IMG/VR virus record: IMGVR_UViG_3300045988_102840
Coordinates: 1-61,582 of that record
Length of the DNA stretch: 61,582 bases
Origin: a virus
Direction: 5' to 3' (one strand)
In this document: positions 31,708 to 41,450 of the stretch, one piece after another
How positions within the stretch are numbered: position 1 is the first letter of the stretch
Layout: every line of letters starts with the position of its first letter
The notes under the pieces: model-generated
What the model saw: the letters and a program-made list of their open reading frames with translations, nothing else
Database searches by the model: none
Told to the model about the DNA's origin: nothing
Program-made: the position numbers and the translations under genes

Positions 31708-33945
31708 TTATAAAGAATCTATAAATTTCATGATTGCATCATTCATCATGGTATTATACCCTATTGCAGATGGATGGTAATTGAACGTTCCATTCGTATT
31801 CGTGCACCAGAACAATCTTGAGGCTTCTGATTTTTCAGAAACAATACTCATTCTTTTCAAGTTACCTAAATTAAGATACGGAACTCCATACTTGTCGCAT
31901 ACATCACGAATGGCTTTTGCATATTGGTCATTCCATACGGAATTACCTGGTTGCGGCATAATCAGAAAACCCAGTTTCGTTGCCGGGAGCTTAAAAACAG
32001 CCTCTCTGACCATGTGCTCAAGTGCGCCACAGAAAGTCTTGTCATCGAATTTGTCTGTTGTATAATCGTCTGAAGATAATAATTCGCCAAATGGTACATG
32101 GGTTCCCGGATTATCCCCTCTTTGGTACATGTCATTCAGACCACCTTCCATAATCAGGTAATGGCATCTGTTCAAGCATACCTGCACTTTGGCCTCCCCC
32201 TGAATGACGTTGCCATCCATCGTTTTAAAGCTGGCAGAAGTGTTACTCTTGTATGCTAATCCGATTGTAAACTCTATACCGATACACTCTCCTTCAAGAG
32301 CAGATATTTTATGCCTAAATGTATATTCAATGACATTTGGCTGTGTATTAAAACGTACCAACTGAGTTTTATTGTAGTTATCCTTGTTAACAGAATATAT
32401 GATAACAGAACCACCTTTGGAGTTGTATATGACCCTATCCATTTCCGTAACGTCCTCAAACAATATTGATTTGACGGAATATATCAAATCTGAAACATCT
32501 TCAAAATTCACGGTTTCCGGTATTCTCTGATACCCGAAATCTGTACATATATTCAACACAGATTTCAGAATATTGTCCGATGTGAAAGTGGAAATAGTTC
32601 TGCCACTCCATACATAAGAACCTCCGAACTGTGCGTCAGCAAGCGGATGCCGATATGCAAAATCATTTGGATAACCGTTAAATTCCAAGGCATTTACTCC
32701 AGCTGCATAGCTGTCTCCCACAAAAAAGACCGATTTATCAACATATTTATCATATACATATTTTTTCAATTCGTCTATTAGGGCAGTGTTTGACAATGCC
32801 TTGTAAATACTTGGAGTAAGGAGTTGCGTCAATATATCAGTAACATAGTACGGAACAATTGTGGGGCTTTTTGTCAAGTTCGCATCATACGATATGATTG
32901 GTTCCCCATACAAAGTCCTTGCCGGTCTTGCCACAAGCATGAAGTCGGAATCTCCGGTTTCTATGTTCGTACTACTATATCCCTCACCGCTTGTGACAAA
33001 ATCACCTTTATCATTATAGAGTTTCCACACCAGGTAGTGTTTGTGGTAAATAGTCGAGCTTCTGTTTACTGAAATCAATGCCATATCCCCATAAGATGAA
33101 ACCATTTGAAGCCCTAAGATATTATTGCTTGATGCGGGCTCTCCTTTTCCTATGACATATTCTTCATTCCATAAGTTTCCGCTTAATGTTTCATTTACAG
33201 AATGTTCCACAATCTTGCCTTCCAAAATTATTTTATCATCCGATAACTCATTTTGCGAGATAATATATGCAATATTCGCACTTGTAAGTTGTATGATCGG
33301 CTCCAAATTTAAAGTCACATTATCTTCACATGACACATAAAAAGCAAAATCATTGTCTTTTTGGAAAACAATAACCTTGTATGAGTTGTTTGATAAATCC
33401 ACTGTGAGCTTCTTTGAATCAAGCAATGATATTTTTTTGTAAAATCTGTTTTCCCCCTCTAATATTGATTTTGATGCGATGTCAAAACCTCCACATCTTC
33501 CGGATTCAACTATGCCGGAATATATGCTATGTTGGATTTCAACTATATTATTGCGTATATCGGAAAGGTCTGTTCTACGTACTTGTTGTATCCAGCTTCC
33601 GATATTCGTAAATGTCCCTCCCTGGAACTCCCACGTTTCTACCTTACCGTCCGAATTTATGAACGATACCTTCAGCCCGATATTTCTAAGTTCCTGCGGA
33701 ACTTGGGCAATAGCGCCTTCTAATGTATATTTATTGCCACTATCAATTCCAGATGAAGGATGATGAATGGAAACATTATACTCGGTTATATAGCTTATAT
33801 ATCCACCCTTTCCGAAACTAATGAAACTCTTTAGGACGTTAGGGGTGATAGAACCATTTTCTCTGTCTTCTTGAAATGGAAACTCCTCATTACCCGTCAA
33901 AACGTATCTTTTGGGGAGTTGTCCTATTTGTAATCCTTCTGCCAT
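31708..33945 (-). CDS. tail fibre / receptor-binding protein with C-terminal SGNH (GDSL-type) hydrolase-like domain
   Basis: 745 aa. FFVGDSYAAG (GDS at aa 410-412, nt 32710-32718), EGGLNDMY (GxND) and FNYHPS blocks. Confidence 0.6.
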   Translation of the reverse strand: MAEGLQIGQLPKRYVLTGNEEFPFQEDRENGSITPNVLKSFISFGKGGYISYITEYNVSIHHPSSGIDSGNKYTLEGAIAQVPQELRNIGLKVSFINSDGKVETWEFQGGTFTNIGSWIQQVRRTDLSDIRNNIVEIQHSIYSGIVESGRCGGFDIASKSILEGENRFYKKISLLDSKKLTVDLSNNSYKVIVFQKDNDFAFYVSCEDNVTLNLEPIIQLTSANIAYIISQNELSDDKIILEGKIVEHSVNETLSGNLWNEEYVIGKGEPASSNNILGLQMVSSYGDMALISVNRSSTIYHKHYLVWKLYNDKGDFVTSGEGYSSTNIETGDSDFMLVARPARTLYGEPIISYDANLTKSPTIVPYYVTDILTQLLTPSIYKALSNTALIDELKKYVYDKYVDKSVFFVGDSYAAGVNALEFNGYPNDFAYRHPLADAQFGGSYVWSGRTISTFTSDNILKSVLNICTDFGYQRIPETVNFEDVSDLIYSVKSILFEDVTEMDRVIYNSKGGSVIIYSVNKDNYNKTQLVRFNTQPNVIEYTFRHKISALEGECIGIEFTIGLAYKSNTSASFKTMDGNVIQGEAKVQVCLNRCHYLIMEGGLNDMYQRGDNPGTHVPFGELLSSDDYTTDKFDDKTFCGALEHMVREAVFKLPATKLGFLIMPQPGNSVWNDQYAKAIRDVCDKYGVPYLNLGNLKRMSIVSEKSEASRLFWCTNTNGTFNYHPSAIGYNTMMNDAIMKFIDSL

Positions 33946-33966
33946 ATCTTTTTATTTTTTATCATT

Positions 33967-34173
33967 TTATTTTTTGTTATCTGCAAGTAATATCGGCTCT
34001 TCGTTAGCCAACAATAACGGAGTGCCATCCGACAATAATAAATACTTTCCGTCAGGGGATGGGTTTGGTCCCGGTTTATTATCCTTGATATATGAATACC
34101 CTATAGTAAGTATACTGATAGTAGGAATACCGATTGTCGGGATGCTGATGTTAGGGATAGTGATTGGGTTCAT
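33967..34173 (-). CDS. hypothetical protein (68 aa, IPTI repeats)
   Basis: ORF track. Confidence 0.4.
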   Translation of the reverse strand: MNPITIPNISIPTIGIPTISILTIGYSYIKDNKPGPNPSPDGKYLLLSDGTPLLLANEEPILLADNKK

Positions 34174-34176
34174 AGG

Positions 34177-34467
34177 CTATCCCTCTTTAATCATTTTGGC
34201 TTCCAATACTTCGGTAGCACTCTTGATTGTGATTTCCACGCCCGCCACTATTCCGGCGACACGGAATATAGAGTCGGAGGCACCGTTGTTGTCACGCGCG
34301 TTAGGATACAATGCCACGGGCTTCATGCCCTCGATATTGGCAAATACAGTCACCATTCCGCCCTTGTTCTTTATCTGTATGGTAACGGGATTACCGTCAC
34401 TGACAAACGTTGCGTAATACGCTGTTTTGCCTTCTTCTTTTTGAAATGATAAAACTTCTGCTGCCAT
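34177..34467 (-). CDS. hypothetical protein (96 aa)
   Basis: ORF track. Confidence 0.55.
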   Translation of the reverse strand: MAAEVLSFQKEEGKTAYYATFVSDGNPVTIQIKNKGGMVTVFANIEGMKPVALYPNARDNNGASDSIFRVAGIVAGVEITIKSATEVLEAKMIKEG

Positions 34468-34472
34468 GATGT

Positions 34473-35060
34473 TTACTTTTTAGAGTTATTCAAATAGTTC
34501 ACAATTCCCTGCACATGCAAGTCCACTATTGCCCGTTTTCCCTCTTCCGATAATAAGAAGCCAACATCTTCCTTATTGTCTTGGAATAGGTTCTCTGTAA
34601 GGGCTGCCGGGCACTTCGTGTGCTTCAAGATGTAGAACCCGCTTTCCTTATCAGGGTCGCCATCCGTCATATCCTTGCGTATCTTCATACCCGGCAAAAG
34701 TCGTTCGGCTGCCGCATATAAGCTGTCAGCTAATTTATCGGCTTTCGTCTGACCTGCCGAAGTCCACGCTTCCCAACCACGTGCCTGCATCCATTCAGAG
34801 CCGCTTCCCGCTGCATTACAGTGGATAGATACGAGGATTGTGTCACTTGCCTTGTATTCGTTCGCCCTACGGCAACGCTCCGATAGGGGAACGTCTATTT
34901 CCTCTTTGACGATATGTTCTGCGTCAATGCCTTTCTTTCGCAGCTCCGCTTCCAATCGTATGGCAATCTCACGGGTATACGCATACTCTTTCAATCTTCC
35001 GTCCGGTGAACACTTGCCCGAAGTGTTACTTCCGTGCCCGTTGTCAATCAATATTTTCAT
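34473..35060 (-). CDS. N-acetylmuramoyl-L-alanine amidase (endolysin)
   Basis: ORF track gives 34473..35090. I moved the start to Met11 (MKILIDNGHG). ...VSIHCNAAGSG...LTENLFQDNKED fits the MurNAc-LAA amidase pattern. Confidence 0.85.
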   Translation of the reverse strand: MKILIDNGHGSNTSGKCSPDGRLKEYAYTREIAIRLEAELRKKGIDAEHIVKEEIDVPLSERCRRANEYKASDTILVSIHCNAAGSGSEWMQARGWEAWTSAGQTKADKLADSLYAAAERLLPGMKIRKDMTDGDPDKESGFYILKHTKCPAALTENLFQDNKEDVGFLLSEEGKRAIVDLHVQGIVNYLNNSKK

Positions 35061-35241
35061 TCTGCACATCCTCCTTGAAATATTTGTCATAAACTAAACG
35101 AGCCACCCATCCGGCAACAACACCGACACCGAATGATACAACAGTAGTCAGGTTCACCCAAAACGGAGTGTAGTGCATGTACAGCATAACTCCCACGATG
35201 ATAGCGATAACAATCGCTGCGATAATCAGTTTCTTTTTCAT
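35044..35241 (-). CDS. holin-like two-TM protein (65 aa)
   Basis: MKKKLIIAAIVIAIIVGVMLY...VVSFGVGVVAGWVARLV. It lies immediately upstream of the amidase and overlaps it. Confidence 0.6.
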   Translation of the reverse strand: MKKKLIIAAIVIAIIVGVMLYMHYTPFWVNLTTVVSFGVGVVAGWVARLVYDKYFKEDVQNENID

Positions 35242-35252
35242 TTTGTTACTCC

Positions 35253-35906
35253 TTATCTTTCATTCAAATTGTGATAAAATTCTAATCTTATATTCGCATA
35301 GACCGACTCTACATTCGTGTATGCCCTCCCGTTGTTCGCTCCGTTTTCATTGTAAATCTCCGCTTCAACGGCTTTGGCAACCTGTTCTATCCATTTCCTT
35401 TCCGTGTATTCGGAAAGCCTGTTCCCACGATACGAAAAGCAGTCAAGTTTTGAATTCCTGTCCTCGTGTATGTTTGTAAGCAATGTACGTATCTTTCTTG
35501 CAGTAGCTTCCTTGTCTGATATATGGTTTTCTTCACGCACTTTCTTGATAATACGGCACACCTTCTCAACGGAAAGGTCGAAGAATACATTGCTTAGCGT
35601 TTTTATACGCAGCTGCGTTTCGGGCATGAGACTTTCCGATAGCACGTTCAACCGCTCGTTCTGCGCACGGGTTTCTTCCAATAGCTGCCTCATGGTGTCC
35701 TTATAGTCTTGGTTTATCTCTTTCTGTGATGTCATAAGCTGGTTTACCATATTCATAAACCAACGGAAACACGCCACCATCAACAAGGCTGATAACACAA
35801 GGAAAAAACCTGCGGTTATAGCCATCATTCCGAAATCACTAATCCCCTTACTTGTTTGAAGGGCTGCATTTACAACTTCTGTACTCATCTTATCGTTATT
35901 TGTCAA
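35253..35906 (-). CDS. hypothetical membrane-anchored protein (217 aa)
   Basis: ORF track. One TM helix (FGMMAITAGFFLVLSALLMVACF), then a helical domain. Confidence 0.6.
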   Translation of the reverse strand: MTNNDKMSTEVVNAALQTSKGISDFGMMAITAGFFLVLSALLMVACFRWFMNMVNQLMTSQKEINQDYKDTMRQLLEETRAQNERLNVLSESLMPETQLRIKTLSNVFFDLSVEKVCRIIKKVREENHISDKEATARKIRTLLTNIHEDRNSKLDCFSYRGNRLSEYTERKWIEQVAKAVEAEIYNENGANNGRAYTNVESVYANIRLEFYHNLNER

Positions 35907-35985
35907 TTATTCATATCTTTGTGTCTCTTATCAAATAAGCGAACTACTGTCATTCCGTTTTGCTCGTGAGAGTAGGACGGGATTT

Positions 35986-36435
35986 TTATATCTTGCCGTA
36001 ATAGCGGAACCACGCTCCCCATTTACGTTCTTTCAAATAGTTCGGATTGTCCTGGTTGAGTTTGGCTTCCATTTCAAATGCGCCCGCACGGTAAGCGTTT
36101 TTATTGACCTTACCGTCCCCAATCTTGTTGTCTGTGAACAAGTGATACACGAAGCTCACAAACCATTCTGCCAAATACAGAATGTAATAGAATAGCGGGA
36201 TAAGGAGCAACCACCATGCGCTGACATGAAACGCCAACAATACGGATGGGATAGCCGCTATCTCCATGCACTCGAAGAACTGTTTCTGATGTGTACGTTC
36301 ATGACGTATGGTTGTTTCGGACAACTCTTTCAGCTTCGTAAGGATGAAGCCGATGAACATGATTGTTGTGTAGCCTCCAAAGAGGATAAGTTTGGCTAAT
36401 TTGCTGTTGTAGTAGATTGTTTTCATATACATCAT
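35986..36435 (-). CDS. polytopic membrane protein with HExxH motif
   Basis: TIRHERTHQKQ lies between TM helices. 149 aa. Confidence 0.55.
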   Translation of the reverse strand: MMYMKTIYYNSKLAKLILFGGYTTIMFIGFILTKLKELSETTIRHERTHQKQFFECMEIAAIPSVLLAFHVSAWWLLLIPLFYYILYLAEWFVSFVYHLFTDNKIGDGKVNKNAYRAGAFEMEAKLNQDNPNYLKERKWGAWFRYYGKI

Positions 36436-36440
36436 CTTAT

Positions 36441-36896
36441 TTATTCATTATAATCAAAAACAAAAAGTACATAATCTAAATCATCAAAATCGCCAGCAAT
36501 AAAACTTTGAATAGCACTTCCAGGTTGACATATATTTTCATTAATTTCCATTTGCGAATCACTACTACCTACAAGTCTACATTTATAGATTTCTAAATAT
36601 CTAACAGGGCCGTTGCTTTCATTTTGTATATCAAAATCAATATTACTACCTACACCATTAGAATACCAATCTATTTTACCACTTTCAACAATAGTTAATC
36701 GTCCACTTCTATATAGACTAATATCGTGTGAACTAAGATTGGCTATTATTAACATTCTTGTTCTATATTGTGTATCAGTAGGTGGTAAATAGGTTAAAGC
36801 ATCATATAATTTGCTCCAATCAAATTCTTTGCCCGCAATCAGCTTATCTCCAGCAAATAGCCCTGAGGTCAATTCTCCTATTTTTAACATAATCAT
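36441..36896 (-). CDS. hypothetical protein (151 aa; AT-rich, possibly fibre-associated)
   Basis: ORF track. It lies directly downstream of the collagen-like fibre gene and shares its AT-rich composition. Confidence 0.55.
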   Translation of the reverse strand: MIMLKIGELTSGLFAGDKLIAGKEFDWSKLYDALTYLPPTDTQYRTRMLIIANLSSHDISLYRSGRLTIVESGKIDWYSNGVGSNIDFDIQNESNGPVRYLEIYKCRLVGSSDSQMEINENICQPGSAIQSFIAGDFDDLDYVLFVFDYNE

Positions 36897-36902
36897 TATC
36901 CT

Positions 36903-37904
36903 TTAATCGGTTACACAATATGCTGTATTGTCATCCTTAGAGCCAATAGCCTCGTACTCGGCAGCGGTTTTCTTGGTGAGGGTGGTGAGGTTGTCGGAAA
37001 CGAGTATATCTTTTACTACGAAAAAATTTGTAGTATTTGAATTCAATGCAATAAAAATTCTTTTTGTAACTAAGCTAATATTATTTGCATCGGCAATAGA
37101 AGTATAAGTATAAATAAACGAAAGTTCATAAGCTCCATTATCGGGATTGCAATATGTGTGACTCGTACTTACTTTAAAGATTTCTTTTTCTGTAATTTTT
37201 AGGAATAAAATATTATCACTTAATAATCTCTGTATAATATTTTTAAAATTATCAATGCTTCCAAATACAAGATTTATTTTTGATTCGGCTTCTCCTGCTT
37301 TAACTTCTTGATTTGAAATTAACTGTTGGTGAGCTTCATCTGTAATCGTAAGCATAATGTGTTTATCATCCACATACTTCTTCGTTGCAGGCTGGTAATC
37401 GCCCGTAGGGGTGAAACTTTCACTGTTGGTTTTGGTGAGGACGTCGGATTTTTCAGGAACTTCCGCCCAATTCCCATTCTTACGACCGTATGCCTTGCCA
37501 TCAGTTGGCGCTTCGTCCATGCCGCCAATCTTCCCCTGGCTTACCCATTCACCGTTCACCCACGCGTAGTAATCATAAGGGGCTTCCGTACCTACAGCCA
37601 TGAACCCGTCAACTGCCGAACCATCGGGAACAGCAGATTTCAAGGCTTCAAGGGTGGCGTATTCGCCGGCTACCTTAAATGACTTCCCAGGTTCTCCTTG
37701 TATACCTGGCTCGCCTTGTTCTCCTTTCAAAAATTCTAAAGGGTAATTGACCACAGAAGCTTCACTGTTGCTTCCAGAAGGTTTAAATGCAGGCAATGAC
37801 GTTACATCATCCGCTTTGTCCGCATTCGGTACTTCATTAACCCCTATGGAGCTAGCCATAAGGCGGGCAACTATTTCCTGATAATCCTGTTCTGTCCAAG
37901 CCAT
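36903..37904 (-). CDS. tail fibre protein with short collagen-like G-X-Y run
   Basis: Contains GEQGEPGIQGEPGKS. The 3' half of the gene (about 36903-37330) is visibly more AT-rich. Confidence 0.65.
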   Translation of the reverse strand: MAWTEQDYQEIVARLMASSIGVNEVPNADKADDVTSLPAFKPSGSNSEASVVNYPLEFLKGEQGEPGIQGEPGKSFKVAGEYATLEALKSAVPDGSAVDGFMAVGTEAPYDYYAWVNGEWVSQGKIGGMDEAPTDGKAYGRKNGNWAEVPEKSDVLTKTNSESFTPTGDYQPATKKYVDDKHIMLTITDEAHQQLISNQEVKAGEAESKINLVFGSIDNFKNIIQRLLSDNILFLKITEKEIFKVSTSHTYCNPDNGAYELSFIYTYTSIADANNISLVTKRIFIALNSNTTNFFVVKDILVSDNLTTLTKKTAAEYEAIGSKDDNTAYCVTD

Positions 37905-37906
37905 AA

Positions 37907-38203
37907 TTATTCCTGTTTATCGGTTGCTTCTTCCGGTTGATTGTTGATAGCACGATTGAGCGCGTCAATAAAGAAGGGTTTGCAAAAAGTATTTGCATGC
38001 TCTTGTATCAAGGACACTTCTTCATCAGTATATTCTGTCTCTTCATTGGAATTGTATATCTTCAAAGCGAGTGCATGCGATGCGATACCGTTACCGTTCC
38101 GGTATAATACATTCGCAAAATTCTCTCTACAATCTATATTTTCACAATGCTTACGGGTAATGTCCGTAGCAATCAGTAATTGTTTAAAATTTATCTTTTT
38201 CAT
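37907..38203 (-). CDS. hypothetical protein (98 aa)
   Basis: ORF track. Confidence 0.55.
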   Translation of the reverse strand: MKKINFKQLLIATDITRKHCENIDCRENFANVLYRNGNGIASHALALKIYNSNEETEYTDEEVSLIQEHANTFCKPFFIDALNRAINNQPEEATDKQE

Positions 38204-38217
38204 AACTTTTGCGTTTA

Positions 38218-40494
38218 TTAATTTGCTGGATACGATTTGGTCCTAATATTGTCTTTATAGAAGAAAAGGCCCGCTCTAGGTTCTAAATTGCAGAAATAAT
38301 TATGTCCTCCCATATTTACCGATATTGACATGTTTCCACCCGATAAACTTACGTCAGAAATTTCTTCGTCTCCATGATATGTATGTAACCTAATTTTGGG
38401 ATAGTAATTATTCGAACCTCCCCATTCTTCAACCATAAAATTAATACTTCCCACTTCCTTACCGTTTTGATTATACATCCGAATAGAATTAGTATTTGGG
38501 TCTATTTCTATTTTTGTGCCTGACGAAGCAGTTGACATTTTGCCAACAATGCTAACATTCCCATTTTCGTCTATCACCAAAGAGTTGTTAGGAGTTCTTA
38601 CATTTTTAAACACCCCGCTGTTTGCATTTATCTCTCCTTCAAAATATCCACCAATAGCCTTTATTGTCCCGTCTGCCTGAATAGACACATTCCCGTTGGC
38701 GGATATATTTCCGGTAAAGTATATATTTTTGGAAACCACGGAAATGTTATCAAGTGCCACATTGATTTCTGAACCTAATCCGTCTTTTTTGACATATAAT
38801 TTAAGTTCATCGGTAACCCCATTGATATCCAGTCCCAACTGCGTTACATCTTCCTCTATTTTTGTAACAGACAATTTGAGGTTTTCCGCTGTCTGCTCAA
38901 TCTGCGAGAACCTTTGATTGTTGCTTTCCGAGAGTTCCTTTACTTCCAGCCTGATACTTTCCGCAGTCTGCTTTATTTCGGAACTTAATTTAGTATACAA
39001 ATCCTCGAATGCGTTTTCGGTAAGAGCCAGCGAGTGTATGTATATATCCCCCGTAAACTTCAACTCAAAATCGCCCGTTCCGTCCCATGTGCCGGAATAC
39101 TCCTTTATTGCGTATTCCTCACTCGGTTCAAGACGTTCGGTGAAATGCAGGTTCTGACCGGGAAATCCTATTGTCAGCGTTCCGGCTGTAGCTACCTTAT
39201 ACCGGAAAGAGATAAAGAACTTCTTCGGTTCTTCTCCTTCCTCATAGGTAGGCTTATTGGCTAAGTCCGCATTTGACTGTTTTATTCCGGAAGAAAGAAT
39301 ACGAAGCACGTTTCTATCCCCGTCTCTGATAACGGCAGCCATGGCGTCCTTGCGGGAATAGAACTTGTCGTTAACCAATAAGAACTTTCCGTTTACAGTG
39401 AAGAAATGAACATCGTTCTTTGTCTCCCAACCGTTCGTATTGCTTGCAAATGATGCATTGTACAGATAATTATCCTTTGCCTGCACCTCGTCAAGCACTT
39501 TGGAGATTTCAGAGTAAATCAAATCTTCCAGTATCTTGAATTGGGTCATAATGTTTATTCCCGTTTTCAAGATAAAGTCTCCCATGAACTTGTTGCCTTG
39601 CGGACTGATAACCGTCACTTCCTTACCTGCTAAAGAATAAGAATTTATTCCTGCATACTGGTGGATACTCGGTGCATCATCGCCATATACGGACAAGGTG
39701 ATTGCGTTCTGACGCTTCTTGTCTGTTCTGTTTCCGAGTTGTACAAGACTATCACCTTCCTGCGGTATGTCGCTGTTTGCATCACAGGCCGTCTTGCTAA
39801 GGTCTATGTAGTCCTCGCCAACACCTACGCATAGGCGCCAATAGTAACGGTTGGATACATTCTCGTAGACACCCGGCTTGATATTGAAGTCTTGAAAACG
39901 TACCTGGTCGCCTTCCTTGAACGGGTTCTCGATAGCCGTCTCCCCATCATCAACCAGCAGATAGCACCGCCAAAAATCCTCGTGTTCCTCAACCTTTCCG
40001 CATTTCATTCCGGCAGCGGTGAACATGTAGTTCCCGCCTGCATAAGAGAGTTTCTTTATCTCCAGTTCGGAGAACATCGCTTTGATACGCACAAAGAGTT
40101 CGTCCACTTCAATGTAGGATTTACCCGTCTTGCTGTCTACTTTAATAACAAAGCCTTCACCGAGAGCACCGGAAGAAAAGTTCATGGACTGGATGTAGTC
40201 TGAAAACAATCCACCTAAGAACTTTATTAAAAATCCAGCTTCGTCCGGTCTGTCTTTTCTTATAAAGAACTTGGATAAAGCCTCTATATCAAGAGCCTTA
40301 AAGTAGACAATTCGGTCGGCGGAAGTCCTGATGAACAGTGCTGGGTCGGCATCTGCGACGCATATATATATTTCCCCGAGATTCAGACCTTGTAAATGCT
40401 CTTCATCACTCGGAGATAAAGCAGGGGGAGCTGCCTGATTGTTTTCATTAAGAGCATCACCAAACCATAATATTTTACTAAGCCTTTTTTTCAT
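38218..40494 (-). CDS. large tail / host-specificity protein (758 aa)
   Basis: Assigned by position in the tail module. It has a coiled-coil middle and a repetitive beta-rich C-terminus. Confidence 0.6.
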   Translation of the reverse strand: MKKRLSKILWFGDALNENNQAAPPALSPSDEEHLQGLNLGEIYICVADADPALFIRTSADRIVYFKALDIEALSKFFIRKDRPDEAGFLIKFLGGLFSDYIQSMNFSSGALGEGFVIKVDSKTGKSYIEVDELFVRIKAMFSELEIKKLSYAGGNYMFTAAGMKCGKVEEHEDFWRCYLLVDDGETAIENPFKEGDQVRFQDFNIKPGVYENVSNRYYWRLCVGVGEDYIDLSKTACDANSDIPQEGDSLVQLGNRTDKKRQNAITLSVYGDDAPSIHQYAGINSYSLAGKEVTVISPQGNKFMGDFILKTGINIMTQFKILEDLIYSEISKVLDEVQAKDNYLYNASFASNTNGWETKNDVHFFTVNGKFLLVNDKFYSRKDAMAAVIRDGDRNVLRILSSGIKQSNADLANKPTYEEGEEPKKFFISFRYKVATAGTLTIGFPGQNLHFTERLEPSEEYAIKEYSGTWDGTGDFELKFTGDIYIHSLALTENAFEDLYTKLSSEIKQTAESIRLEVKELSESNNQRFSQIEQTAENLKLSVTKIEEDVTQLGLDINGVTDELKLYVKKDGLGSEINVALDNISVVSKNIYFTGNISANGNVSIQADGTIKAIGGYFEGEINANSGVFKNVRTPNNSLVIDENGNVSIVGKMSTASSGTKIEIDPNTNSIRMYNQNGKEVGSINFMVEEWGGSNNYYPKIRLHTYHGDEEISDVSLSGGNMSISVNMGGHNYFCNLEPRAGLFFYKDNIRTKSYPAN

Positions 40495-41405
40495 ACCTCA
40501 ACCTTATCAACATTAGTAAATGCAGCTTTTTCTGCGCTGAATTGCAACATCTCTCCATCTTTGGCGTGGTCTATCAGGAATGCAGGGAAAGAGGCGGAAG
40601 AACCAGCTTCAGGAGAGCCGCCAATACCTGCAATATCGTTATTCTGCAATTCAAGAGCCATATTTATATGGAACAGCTGGCTATCTTCAATAACTTGCGT
40701 CATTTCCGGAACAGAACTTTCCGAACGGACATATCTTGTCCCGTCAATTTCCACCATAGAAAGGCATAAAATACGGTTTATGTGTTTTGCAAACCAATAA
40801 GGGACGCCGCTTGAATTTCCTATCGTAAGATTATACACATCATAAGGTACTGCGTATAATTCTTCTATCTCTTGCATTTGGTTGCGATATTGCTCATTAT
40901 CTATTCGAGGGGAATATCCTCCAGGTTTAAATCCTGCTTCCACACGAAAATTAAATACTTGCTGAATATCATCTACCCAAAATATGTTATCAAAAGCGGA
41001 GTTATTGCTTTTATGGGAATAACGGATAAGTACAGTTTCCTCTAACAAGTCGTCAGAGGAGCATACAATAAAAGGTTCTGATGTATATTCGTTGATTGTA
41101 ACCGTATATACGGCATCCTCCAAGTCTCGAAGAATGGCGTAATACATCACTACATTGTCATTATGATTATATGTGGAAAGTGATATTGGTGTAGAATTTC
41201 CTGCGGCAAGATTGTTCAGGCTCGCTGAAACTTCCTCAGAAGCATTAGTGAATACCTGTATATGGATTTTATCAGAAGCGTGGAACTTCTGAATATAGTC
41301 CATATCAAGCCCAAACTTATCTTTTACAGGTGAGAAAAAAAGAGGGCAAACATCACCAACTTTTACCATGTCCTTTCGTCCTTTTATAGTGACGTGCAAC
41401 TTCAC
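40491..41405 (-). CDS. tail-module structural protein (304 aa)
   Basis: ORF track. A 4-nt overlap joins it to the downstream gene. Confidence 0.55.
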   Translation of the reverse strand: MKLHVTIKGRKDMVKVGDVCPLFFSPVKDKFGLDMDYIQKFHASDKIHIQVFTNASEEVSASLNNLAAGNSTPISLSTYNHNDNVVMYYAILRDLEDAVYTVTINEYTSEPFIVCSSDDLLEETVLIRYSHKSNNSAFDNIFWVDDIQQVFNFRVEAGFKPGGYSPRIDNEQYRNQMQEIEELYAVPYDVYNLTIGNSSGVPYWFAKHINRILCLSMVEIDGTRYVRSESSVPEMTQVIEDSQLFHINMALELQNNDIAGIGGSPEAGSSASFPAFLIDHAKDGEMLQFSAEKAAFTNVDKVEV

Positions 41406-41450
41406 ACATCATGCGCAAATATACATACTATTTAGACCAATTCCAAATAA
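41394..41450 (-). promoter_or_regulatory. late promoter copy 3 (minus strand): TTTG -33, 20-nt spacer, TAtaTTTG -7, then GTGTGAAGTTGCACG box
   Basis: On the + strand, CAAATATA is at 41416-41423 and CAAA at 41444-41447. The block is homologous to 57524-57594 and 47724-47782. Confidence 0.55.

Noticed and set aside
33911-34417. 168-aa + strand ORF
   Set aside because: It is antisense to 33967..34173 and 34177..34467 and to the start of the fibre gene. It is a hydrophobic shadow frame.
35914-35921. + strand TAtcTTTG box inside the minus-strand late operon
   Set aside because: It is a single 8-mer match with no downstream + strand ORF, terminator or repeat partner, as expected by chance in AT-rich DNA.
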